Under the pieces are notes generated by a model. That model did no database searches and was not told where the DNA came from. It saw only the letters and a program-made list of their open reading frames with translations. From a virus: a DNA stretch of 64,000 nt. The stretch is from IMG/VR virus record IMGVR_UViG_3300002219_000599, positions 101 to 64,100 of that record, one strand, 5' to 3'. Positions 18,041-26,534 of the stretch are shown piece by piece. The translations under genes were made by a program, and so were the position numbers. Position 1 is the stretch's first letter, and each line of letters starts with the position of its first letter.

Positions 18041-19576
18041 ATGTCTGATACAAAACAACTTACTTTTATTGATTTCTTTTCCGGCATCGGAGGTTTCCGC
18101 CGCGGCTTGGAATTGGCCGGCATGAAGTGTGTCGGATTTTGTGAAAAGGATAAATTTGCGGTGCGGTCATACCGTGCTATATATGATACGGAAGGAGAAT
18201 GGTACGGAGATGACATCACAAAACTCAGAGCAGATGGCATTCCTAAAGCAGATATATGGACTGCGGGAAGCCCTTGTCAAAACCTCTCTATTGCAGGGGG
18301 ACGCAGCGGGCTTCACGGTGAGCGAAGCGGACTCTTTTTTGACTTCATTGACCTCCTCAAAGGCAAAGCGGAAGAAGATAAACCCGAGTGGGTTATCCTC
18401 GAAAATGTTAAAGGCCTTCTTTCAAGCAATGCCGGATGGGATTTCCTCGAATATCTCTGTGAACTGGGCGAAGCTGGGTACGATGTCGAGTGGCAGGTTT
18501 TCAACTCCAAAGATTACGGAGTCCCCCAAAACCGTGAACGAGTGTACACTATCGGACATCTTAGAAGCAGGGGCGGACGAGAAATACTACCTGTCGGCAC
18601 AGAAAGCTGTGGAAATCTTAAGCAGATTATAGACGGATGCCAGGGATACCGGGTTTATGATCCCTCCGGTGTTTCCGTCACACTTGCCAGCGGTGCCGGC
18701 GGTCTTGGCGCAAAGACGGGCCTTTACCTTATAGACCAGCCCACAAGCGCACCGAAGATTACGGAAGAGGCCCGGTGCATTACAGCCAGGTATACGGCGG
18801 GTGCTACGAAGCGTACCGCCATGAACAGTGCTGTTCTTGAAGTAGGAGAGGAAAATGATGAGGATGCCGCCGTCCTTCGCTCAGTTCGTACAGAATATGG
18901 CAAGAGCATCCGGCAGTCATATGAAAACGGGGACTTAAAAGAAAGCCGACATAATATGACCCGTTTGAAACCTAGAACCGATGGCTGCAGCAACACCATC
19001 AGCACAGTGGCAAAAGACAATCTTCTGATTAAAGCTTACCCCGTACTGACTCCCGACCGAGTGGAGAAACGGCAGAATGGACGCAGGATGAAAGATTGTG
19101 GCGAGCCCATGTTCACACTCACGGGCCAGGACAGGCACGGGGTCATACTTGAAGTAGAAAAGGACAATGACGGACCAGAGCAGGATCACAACGAGCCTTT
19201 AAAACACACTCCGGACGGCATCAAGCTGCGAAACGGAACGAAGCAGGGCTACCAGACAGCTTACCCGGGCGATTCGGTCGACCTGGCTTATCCGTCTTCC
19301 GAAACACGCCGTGCCAGGGTCGGACAGGGCTTTGCCCATGCTATTTCCTGCTCAGGCGCGGTCGGTGTAGTGGTGTGGAACGGCAAGCTGGTACGCATCC
19401 GCAGGCTGACTCCAAGGGAGTGTTTCAGACTCCAGGGCTTTACCGATGACCTGTTCGAGAAGGCAGCAGAGGTCAATTCCGATGCCCAGCTTTACAAGCA
19501 GGCAGGCAATGGAGTGACCGTGAACGTGGTCTATGCCATCGGCAAAAAAATTGCGGGAATGAATTGTCAACAATAA
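18041..19576 (+). CDS. DNA (cytosine-5) methyltransferase with long variable region
   Basis: FFSGIGG (I), GSPCQ (IV), ENV (VI), QNRERV (VIII), RLTPRECFRLQGF (IX), LYKQAGN (X). Confidence 0.93.
   Translation: MSDTKQLTFIDFFSGIGGFRRGLELAGMKCVGFCEKDKFAVRSYRAIYDTEGEWYGDDITKLRADGIPKADIWTAGSPCQNLSIAGGRSGLHGERSGLFFDFIDLLKGKAEEDKPEWVILENVKGLLSSNAGWDFLEYLCELGEAGYDVEWQVFNSKDYGVPQNRERVYTIGHLRSRGGREILPVGTESCGNLKQIIDGCQGYRVYDPSGVSVTLASGAGGLGAKTGLYLIDQPTSAPKITEEARCITARYTAGATKRTAMNSAVLEVGEENDEDAAVLRSVRTEYGKSIRQSYENGDLKESRHNMTRLKPRTDGCSNTISTVAKDNLLIKAYPVLTPDRVEKRQNGRRMKDCGEPMFTLTGQDRHGVILEVEKDNDGPEQDHNEPLKHTPDGIKLRNGTKQGYQTAYPGDSVDLAYPSSETRRARVGQGFAHAISCSGAVGVVVWNGKLVRIRRLTPRECFRLQGFTDDLFEKAAEVNSDAQLYKQAGNGVTVNVVYAIGKKIAGMNCQQ
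18210..18632 (+). CDS. Overprinted alternative-frame ORF, candidate EcoHK31I-beta-like MTase subunit
   Basis: Open in a second frame inside the MTase gene; ends ECTLSDILEAGADEKYYLSAQKAVEILSRL; SD-like GAAGGAG at 18191-18197. Confidence 0.6.
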   Translation: MTSQNSEQMAFLKQIYGLREALVKTSLLQGDAAGFTVSEADSFLTSLTSSKAKRKKINPSGLSSKMLKAFFQAMPDGISSNISVNWAKLGTMSSGRFSTPKITESPKTVNECTLSDILEAGADEKYYLSAQKAVEILSRL

Positions 19577-19585
19577 GAGATTGTC

Positions 19586-19627
19586 TTGACTTATGTGCCT
19601 TACAGAGTGATGTATGTAATACCAAAA
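19586..19627 (+). promoter_or_regulatory. Conserved promoter-like motif, copy 1
   Basis: TTGACTTATGTGCCTTACAGAGTGATGTATGTAATACCAAAA upstream of ORF 19647. Confidence 0.65.
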
Positions 19628-19646
19628 AATAAAGGAGGAACATCAC

Positions 19647-20414
19647 ATGATTATCAAGACAAATACTGATAACCGAAAAGCACTGGTCAAGGCAATCAGC
19701 GAGTTCACGGGTGAGGAGCAAAGCTACCTCGGCCCGCCAACCTTCGCATATAAGGTCGGAGAATTCACAATTGACCGTGACGGCGCGGTAACTTGCGAAA
19801 CCGAAGAGGCTGGTGAGAAATTGAAAGAACATTTGACAGAACTCGGCTACCTTGAGTCGGCTATAGCGGAATTGAATATAAGCGTTCCAACCGATGGTAT
19901 GGACATTAACGCTCTTCGCAACCTGATCTTTATGCTTCACAGCAAGCAATACCTATTGAACCGGGTGGTGGGGCGCACCAATTTTTCTGTTAGCGAGGAT
20001 TTGATTAAGGATCTCGAAACGAACCCGCCTGAATCCAAGGAAGCTTTCCTCGCTCTCTCTAAAACGGACGGCAATAAAGAGACCATCCGTGGTATGTCTT
20101 TTGATGAAGAGAAGGTCACCTTCACCTTTGCTCTTTCGGACAACCCTGACAAGAACAGAGCATATGCGGAATTGGCTGCCTTCATGGTGGCACAGGCAAA
20201 GGAAGTAAAACGGGTGAGTCCTAAGGAGCAGAAACCAGAAAACGAAAAATACTACCTTCGAGTTTGGCTTCTACGTTTGGGGATTACAGGCGAAGGCGGC
20301 AAGGCATCAAGGAAAGCATTGCTCAAGGGACTAAAAGGGCACACAGCCTTCCGTACCGCCGCTGACGAGGAGAAACACAAGGCTCGACTGCTTGCGAAAA
20401 AGGAAGAGAGGTGA
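19647..20414 (+). CDS. Conserved phage protein (often annotated virulence-related) sharing a C-terminal domain with the amidoligase
   Basis: YLGPPTFAYKVG N-terminus; C-terminal ENEKYYLRVWLLRLG...LKGHTAFR. Confidence 0.7.
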   Translation: MIIKTNTDNRKALVKAISEFTGEEQSYLGPPTFAYKVGEFTIDRDGAVTCETEEAGEKLKEHLTELGYLESAIAELNISVPTDGMDINALRNLIFMLHSKQYLLNRVVGRTNFSVSEDLIKDLETNPPESKEAFLALSKTDGNKETIRGMSFDEEKVTFTFALSDNPDKNRAYAELAAFMVAQAKEVKRVSPKEQKPENEKYYLRVWLLRLGITGEGGKASRKALLKGLKGHTAFRTAADEEKHKARLLAKKEER

Positions 20415-20738
20415 GCAGAATGAGAGCTTTGTTTGGAAGAAAAATGGTCGATATCGAAGAACTAAGAGATTCGACCAGAATTGCCAAAAAAGAAGGATTC
20501 ACCGGGTCAGCTTACGAGGTTGCCAAGGAGGTCGCACTTAACGATCTTGATTTTAAAGAATTCACAAAGGACTTGCTTGAGGATCAGCCTTGGATTGAAA
20601 AAGACGATGGCGGTTCAAGCCAAGCGGAGAAATCAGGTGCATCAGGGTTATTAACCTGCTGACGGGTGAGAGGATTTTGGTAAACAGCAAGGGTACGACT
20701 ACCCGAGGTACACGGCAATAGAAGAACAAGATTCGTGA
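20411..20738 (+). pseudogene. Doubly frameshifted homolog of ORF 62824-63135
   Basis: Matches through DQPWI..DGG; continues GEIRCIRVINLLTGERILVNS after a 1-bp loss near 20625 and GYDYPRYT after a second loss near 20690. Confidence 0.75.
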
Positions 20739-20791
20739 AATTCATGGGGTTTTCAGCCTTAAAAATAGTTGTGTTTATTCAAAAATAGTAC

Positions 20792-20834
20792 TGGATAATA
20801 TGTGCTTTTAGAGTGATATATAGTACTACCAAAA
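20792..20834 (+). promoter_or_regulatory. Conserved promoter-like motif, copy 2
   Basis: TGGATAATATGTGCTTTTAGAGTGATATATAGTACTACCAAAA upstream of the amidoligase gene. Confidence 0.65.
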
Positions 20835-20868
20835 GGAAAAACACACCAATTTGAAAGGATGAGAACAT

Positions 20869-21759
20869 ATGAAAACGCAGAAATTCGGAATTGAAATTGA
20901 AATGACAGGCATCACTAGAGAGCAGGCGGGCAAGGTCATCGCCGACTACTTTGGAACGGAAAGCGTCTACGCAGGCGGATCATACCGAACCTACGAAGCC
21001 AAGGACACCAAGGGCAGAACCTGGAAGGCAATGTACGACTCAAGCATCATAGCGGAAAAGAAGGTCGGCGGCTCAAGAACCTCCGCAGGGGATGATTACA
21101 AGACCGAAGTGGTCAGCCCGATCCTTGCCTGCGATGACATTGAGGACTTGCAGGAACTGGTCAGACAGCTAAGGCATAAGGGAGCGATTGTAAACACCTC
21201 CTGCGGAATCCACGTACATGTTGGGGCGGAGCGGTTCACACCGCAGACCCTTCGAAACATAGTGAACATCATCGCGAGCAAGGAGGACATTCTTTACAAA
21301 GCCCTGCAGATAGACCCGAGACGCCTCCGTTACTGCAAAAAGACCAACGAGGCGCTACTTGAAACCATCAACCGCAGGAAACCAAAGACGATGGCGCAGC
21401 TTGCGGACATCTGGTACGCAGAAGACCCCAACGGCAGGGACCGCCATTACAACAGCACACGCTACCACGGCTTGAACCTCCACGCAACCTTCACAAAAGG
21501 CACGGTAGAGTTCAGACTTTTCAACTCAACCACCCACGCAGGAGAGATTAAAGCCTACATACAGTTTTGCCTTGCGGTTTGCCACCAGGCATTGTCCCAG
21601 AAGAAAGCTTCCGCAAGAAGAACAGTCACCGACAACGAAAAGTACGCATTCAGATGCTGGATGCTGCGATTGGGACTTATCGGGGACGAGTTCAAGACCT
21701 GCAGGCTTCACTTCCTCAAGCACCTCGAAGGCAACTCGGCTTGGAGACAGGTTGCTTGA
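20869..21759 (+). CDS. Amidoligase_2 family (COOH-NH2 ligase-like) protein
   Basis: FGIEIE, YDSSI, EVVSPIL, CGIHVHV, RYHGLN and TVEFRLFN motifs. Confidence 0.88.
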   Translation: MKTQKFGIEIEMTGITREQAGKVIADYFGTESVYAGGSYRTYEAKDTKGRTWKAMYDSSIIAEKKVGGSRTSAGDDYKTEVVSPILACDDIEDLQELVRQLRHKGAIVNTSCGIHVHVGAERFTPQTLRNIVNIIASKEDILYKALQIDPRRLRYCKKTNEALLETINRRKPKTMAQLADIWYAEDPNGRDRHYNSTRYHGLNLHATFTKGTVEFRLFNSTTHAGEIKAYIQFCLAVCHQALSQKKASARRTVTDNEKYAFRCWMLRLGLIGDEFKTCRLHFLKHLEGNSAWRQVA

Positions 21760-21851
21760 AGGAATTAGCCAAAGGCGCTCCCACGGGCGGCACGACCGCC
21801 CTTAAGGTAGTGAAAGGCAATGACAGCCTTTCGGAAAGGATGATTTCTACT

Positions 21852-22310
21852 ATGAAAAGAAAACTCTATATCGCATATGGTAGCAACATGGATACACGCC
21901 AGATGGCTTTCCGCTGCCCAACGGCGAAACTTATCGGCACTTCGGAAGTGGAAGGCTACCGGTTGCTCTTTAGGGGCTCGCAGACGGGCACTTATGCCAC
22001 CATCGAAAAGGCTGAAGAATACAAGGTTCCGGTTCTTATCTGGGAAATAGGAGAAACGGATGAAATCAACCTTGACCGCTATGAAGGTTTTCCAGCCTTC
22101 TACTATAAGAAAGACCTGACCGTTACCGTAAACGGAAAGAGAGAAAAGGCTATGGCGTACATCATGGATGTACGCAGGCCGCTTGGCTCGCCAAGCTACC
22201 AATACTACAAGGTCATCGAGGATGCTTATTCCGAGTTCCATTTTGATATGGGCATTCTGGAAAAGGCGCTTGAGGACACCATCGCAGAGGAGGATGAAGA
22301 TGTTTATTAA
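21852..22310 (+). CDS. Gamma-glutamylcyclotransferase (AIG2-like) family protein
   Basis: YIAYGSNM...QMAFRCP...LDRYEGFP; SD GAAAGGA upstream of ATG 21852. Confidence 0.85.
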   Translation: MKRKLYIAYGSNMDTRQMAFRCPTAKLIGTSEVEGYRLLFRGSQTGTYATIEKAEEYKVPVLIWEIGETDEINLDRYEGFPAFYYKKDLTVTVNGKREKAMAYIMDVRRPLGSPSYQYYKVIEDAYSEFHFDMGILEKALEDTIAEEDEDVY

Positions 22311-22521
22311 AAGGGAAACGGTTGAAAATATCCGAAGGCAGTACCCCTCAGGAACAATAGTTGAACTTGTTCGCATGGACGATCCCCAAGCACCACCGAT
22401 AGGAACTCGCGGAACGGTGATAGGAGTGGACGACATCGGAAGCATCATGGTCAATTGGGACAGCGGAGGAAGTTTGAACGTAGCTTACGGTGAAGACTTG
22501 TGCAGAAAAATCGATGAATAA
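22300..22521 (+). CDS. DUF4314 family small protein
   Basis: YPSGTIVELVRMDDPQAPPIGTRGTV-GVDDIGSIMVNWDSG; SD GAGGAGG. Confidence 0.8.
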   Translation: MFIKRETVENIRRQYPSGTIVELVRMDDPQAPPIGTRGTVIGVDDIGSIMVNWDSGGSLNVAYGEDLCRKIDE

Positions 22522-22681
22522 GTACAGCTACTCTTTTGCTATCAGCTAAAGAGTAGTGTTGAAATAATAGTTTTTCATTCGCGTATCCCTTATAATGGAA
22601 TTATATTGCGATTGTATATATTGTGAATTAATAATTGCTTATTTGTAAATTGATAAACAGGAATTTGGAGGTAATAAGCAA

Positions 22682-23581
22682 ATGAACTTTAAATCAAGTC
22701 GGTTACCGTCATCATCAAAAGATGTTGAATGGTATTGGGATCGATGCGTGCGAGAAAATTTAGATTTCTCAAGCGTTACCATAAATGAAAGTCGAATCGA
22801 TTTTACAAAGCCTGTTGATTACTTTGATTTTACAGATGGTGGTGCTGACAAGATTTCTTTTATAGGTAGACAGTTTGATTTTTTCGCACAGCAAGTTGCA
22901 TTAGTGGAATTTGAATTGAATATATTTGATAATTTGAATGCAGATACACAAATAGGTGTGCTGTTAAGCAGCGTTGAACATCTGAGTGCTGAATTGTCAG
23001 TATATGGTATGTATGCCACTTTCACATATATTGATAAAGCTGTTTATTGTGCCTTCACAATTTGTCTTGTGGATAAAGATACTGGCATAGAAATGGAAAC
23101 TGCTGTTATTGAAATAAGTCAGGACGAAGGACCGTATATTCAGCCTGTTTTCATCAGTAAATCAGCGTTAGATTATTTGAACTATGATGATATCGCAAAG
23201 CTATCGTACTGGTTGGGAAATTTTTGGGTCGGAATTCAATATAAAATGAATAATCGACCAGAAGAGATTAGAGTAATAGAACAGCGAGGACCAATATCAG
23301 GTAATAGTGGAGAGTATAAAAAAGATGACCATATTGTTTTAGTCAGAAGGATAGTCCCTGTTGATGAAGATGGAAATATAATTAAGTATGGTGCTGCTGG
23401 CTCTGGTCGCCAGTATAGTATTCTTGCATGGGGAGTCCGTGGACACGACAGAATCCTACCAGATGGTAGGGTGATACATGTTCTTCCTTACCGCAAAGGA
23501 AAAGAACGAAAAAATCCGGATACTTTTGTTAAAAAAGGGTATCAGTTTGTTGACGAAAAGATAGACTCAGATATTGATTAA
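22682..23581 (+). CDS. AT-rich hypothetical accessory (moron) gene
   Basis: 299 aa ORF, RBS GGAGG, own AT-rich upstream region; C-terminal WGVRGH...PYRKG motif. Confidence 0.7.
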   Translation: MNFKSSRLPSSSKDVEWYWDRCVRENLDFSSVTINESRIDFTKPVDYFDFTDGGADKISFIGRQFDFFAQQVALVEFELNIFDNLNADTQIGVLLSSVEHLSAELSVYGMYATFTYIDKAVYCAFTICLVDKDTGIEMETAVIEISQDEGPYIQPVFISKSALDYLNYDDIAKLSYWLGNFWVGIQYKMNNRPEEIRVIEQRGPISGNSGEYKKDDHIVLVRRIVPVDEDGNIIKYGAAGSGRQYSILAWGVRGHDRILPDGRVIHVLPYRKGKERKNPDTFVKKGYQFVDEKIDSDID

Positions 23582-23669
23582 AGTAAAGCTACACATATGA
23601 TTTGTCTGAGTAGATAGATTCCAATTTGTACTTAAGTTATTTAAGATTTTCAAATATTACGAACCAATG

Positions 23670-23697
23670 TAAAGACTTCCTCGGAGGTCTTTTTTTG
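23670..23697 (+). terminator. Intrinsic terminator-like hairpin before terS
   Basis: AAAGACTTCC-TC-GGAGGTCTTT followed by a T run. Confidence 0.5.
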
Positions 23698-23731
23698 ATG
23701 CCATTGAAGCCAAGGAGAGGAGGTGGGACTT

Positions 23732-24205
23732 ATGGCACAAAGAGGAAGGAAACCAAAGCCTACCGCCCTTAAGGAACTGGAAGGAAACCCGGGCGGTCGG
23801 CCGCTGAACCAAAATGAACCAAAACCCGATAGAAAAGCCCCACGCTGTCCTTCCTGGCTTGAGGATGAAGCCAAGAAAGAATGGAAGCGCGTAGGCAAGA
23901 TCTTAGAGCGGATGGGGCTTCTGACCGAAATGGATATGGCGGCCTTCGCAGGTTATTGCCAGGCATACGCCCGTTGGAAGGAAGCAGAGGAATTCATTAC
24001 GCAGCATGGAGCGATGATCCGTACTCCAAACGGGTATCTGCAACAGGTCCCGCAGGTGTCCATCGCCCAGACAAACCTGAAAATCATGCTGAAGTTCTGC
24101 GAGCAGTTCGGTCTGACACCATCAGCAAGGAGCAGAATCGTTGCGGGTGAAGGTTCAATCAACCCTGCCGATGAGATGGAGCAGCTGTTGGGAGGCGGTG
24201 AATGA
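23732..24205 (+). CDS. terS: Terminase small subunit (P27 family)
   Basis: RGRKPKPTALKELEGNPG...FGLTPSARSRI. Confidence 0.9.
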   Translation: MAQRGRKPKPTALKELEGNPGGRPLNQNEPKPDRKAPRCPSWLEDEAKKEWKRVGKILERMGLLTEMDMAAFAGYCQAYARWKEAEEFITQHGAMIRTPNGYLQQVPQVSIAQTNLKIMLKFCEQFGLTPSARSRIVAGEGSINPADEMEQLLGGGE

Positions 24206-25797
24206 TAGCGTACAAATACACACCTTCACCTTTTATGCTTGAGACTTCCCAATACGATAAAGCTAAGGCAGACCGGGCGGTTGCATTCATCGAGAACCTA
24301 TGTCACACAAAAGGAAAATGGGCGGGAAAGAAGTTTCTGCTTCTTCCTTGGCAGGAGCAGATTGTCCGGGATATCTTCGGTATTGTCGGAGAGAACGGAA
24401 AGCGGCAGTTTCTTACCGCCTATATTGAGATACCGAAAAAACAGGGGAAGTCGGAGCTTGCAGCCGCCATAGCCCTTTACCTTTTATATGCCGATAATGA
24501 ACCCAGCGCCGAAGTATACGGTGCCGCTTGCGACAGGTCTCAGGCTTCCATCGTGTTCGATGTGGCAAAGCAGATGGTGCAGATGTCACCGGCCCTTTTA
24601 AAGAGGTCGAAGATTACCGCTGCCACTAAGCGTATTGTGAACTATTCCAATGCAGGGTATTATCAGGTGCTTTCGGCGGAGACGGGAACCAAGCATGGTC
24701 TTAACGTGTCCGGACTTGTCTTTGACGAAATTCACGCCCAGCCAAACCGTAAACTATACGATGTTCTGACCAAAGGCTCAGGCGATGCCCGTGAACAACC
24801 GCTGTTCTTCATTATTACTACAGCTGGGAATGACAAAAACAGCATTTGCTACGAATTGCATACAAAAGCACTGGACATCAAGGATGGCCGAAAAAAAGAC
24901 AACACATTTTATCCCGTTGTATATGGGTTGACGGAACAGGACGATTGGAATGAAGAAGCAAACTGGTACAAAGCCAACCCGTCTCTCGGACACACAATCT
25001 CTATTGAACGTGTCCGTGAAGCGTATAAGAATGCACTTGAAAACCCTGCGGAAGAGAATGTGTTCAAGCAGCTTCGTTTAAACATCTGGACTTCGGCAAC
25101 GGTGTGCTGGATACCGGACCACATCTATAACCGGGGCGATCTTCCCATTGATATGGATTCCCTTCATGGCAGAGAGTGCTACGGAGGGCTTGACCTTTCA
25201 AGTACATCGGATATTACAGCCTTCGTTCTGGTATTTCCTCCACGAACGGAGGATGAGAAGTATATCGTGCTTCCATTCTTCTGGCTGCCGGAGGACACCC
25301 TCGATCTGAGATGCCGCCGCGACCATGTGCTTTACGATGTGTGGGAACTGCAAGGATACATCCAAACCACCGAAGGCAATGTCGTCCACTATGGCTTCAT
25401 TGAGAAGTTCATAGAGGAACTAGGCGAGAAATACCACATCAAAGAAATCGCATTTGACCGATGGAACGCCACACAGATGGTGCAGAACCTTGAGGGTATG
25501 GGCTTCACGGTCGTGCCTTTCGGCCAGGGCTATAAGGACATGTCTCCTCCGAGCAAGGAACTATATAAGCTTCTGATGGAAGGGAAAATAAACCATGGCG
25601 GGCATCCGGTTCTTAAGTGGATGGCACAGAACGTGGTTATGCACCAGGACCCTGCCGGAAACATCAAGCCGGATAAGGAAAAATCCGTGGAAAAGATAGA
25701 CGGTATTGTTGCCACTATTATGGCAATTGACCGTTGCATAAGAAATAGGAGCGATGATGGCAGCATTTACGATGAGCGTGGCATCATCAGTTTCTAA
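24202..25797 (+). CDS. terL: Terminase large subunit
   Basis: PKKQGKSE Walker A, VFDEIH Walker B, GLDLS and KIDGIVA nuclease motifs. Confidence 0.95.
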   Translation: MIAYKYTPSPFMLETSQYDKAKADRAVAFIENLCHTKGKWAGKKFLLLPWQEQIVRDIFGIVGENGKRQFLTAYIEIPKKQGKSELAAAIALYLLYADNEPSAEVYGAACDRSQASIVFDVAKQMVQMSPALLKRSKITAATKRIVNYSNAGYYQVLSAETGTKHGLNVSGLVFDEIHAQPNRKLYDVLTKGSGDAREQPLFFIITTAGNDKNSICYELHTKALDIKDGRKKDNTFYPVVYGLTEQDDWNEEANWYKANPSLGHTISIERVREAYKNALENPAEENVFKQLRLNIWTSATVCWIPDHIYNRGDLPIDMDSLHGRECYGGLDLSSTSDITAFVLVFPPRTEDEKYIVLPFFWLPEDTLDLRCRRDHVLYDVWELQGYIQTTEGNVVHYGFIEKFIEELGEKYHIKEIAFDRWNATQMVQNLEGMGFTVVPFGQGYKDMSPPSKELYKLLMEGKINHGGHPVLKWMAQNVVMHQDPAGNIKPDKEKSVEKIDGIVATIMAIDRCIRNRSDDGSIYDERGIISF

Positions 25798-25900
25798 AAT
25801 GATAACAATAGAAAAAGTAAAATCATTTATACAAATATAATTGTAAAACAATGATAAAGTTTGAAAATGAAAATTATCTATTATTATCATGGATTATCTA

Positions 25901-25929
25901 TTGACATAACAATTTGTAAGTGCTAAACT
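25901..25929 (+). promoter_or_regulatory. sigma-A promoter of the moron between terL and portal
   Basis: TTGACA, 17-bp spacer, extended TGn-TAAACT. Confidence 0.6.
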
Positions 25930-25961
25930 TAATCCATAATATAAGGAAAGGGGTTGCACTA

Positions 25962-26453
25962 ATGAATTACGATAGAATTATTTTAGAACTTATGGATAGA
26001 GTTTCCGCACTTGAGGACGAGGTTGAAATCTTAAAATCAAAACAGACGCAGATTGAAAGTTCTGAAGAAACCGAAGCAGTTTTTGGAACATCTACAGATT
26101 CTTCCGGAAGGGATACAACAAAGTATATTCTTGATGGAAGGAAATATGGAAAAAACAGACTTGTACTTACAATTGTAAAGAAATATATGGAAGATCACCC
26201 CGATACTTCATCAATTCAACTGTTAAGCATTTTTGACAAAAGTCTTCAGGGGTCGCTTGGTGTTGTTAGAGAATTAGAAGAGGTCAAAAATGCATACGCT
26301 GATTATGAAAGACGTTTCTTTGTTTCTCCTAATGATGTCATTAAAACAACAACAGGTGTCTGTGTTGTTTGCACCCAATGGGGTATAGCAAACATCGGAA
26401 ATATGGTTGCCAGAGCAAAGCAGCTTGGCATCGAAATCACTGTTGTAAAATAA
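25962..26453 (+). CDS. Hypothetical moron protein
   Basis: AT-rich, with own promoter and terminator; N-terminal coiled coil then RDTTKY...YGKNRLVL...CTQWG domain. Confidence 0.7.
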   Translation: MNYDRIILELMDRVSALEDEVEILKSKQTQIESSEETEAVFGTSTDSSGRDTTKYILDGRKYGKNRLVLTIVKKYMEDHPDTSSIQLLSIFDKSLQGSLGVVRELEEVKNAYADYERRFFVSPNDVIKTTTGVCVVCTQWGIANIGNMVARAKQLGIEITVVK

Positions 26454-26480
26454 AACTACAATAACAGAATACAGTTTCCA

Positions 26481-26509
26481 TAGCATCTACTTCGGTGGGT
26501 GCTTTTTTC
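26481..26509 (+). terminator. Intrinsic terminator
   Basis: AGCATCTAC-TTCG-GTGGGTGCT followed by a T run. Confidence 0.6.
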
Positions 26510-26534
26510 ATGCCGTTTTTAAGGAGGTACGACA

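Noticed and set aside
21765..22454. 229-aa minus-strand ORF and the long 5' extension of the GGCT ORF from 21567
   Set aside because: Antisense shadow of GGCT/DUF4314; the extension overlaps the amidoligase and the structured spacer, while homology starts at 21852
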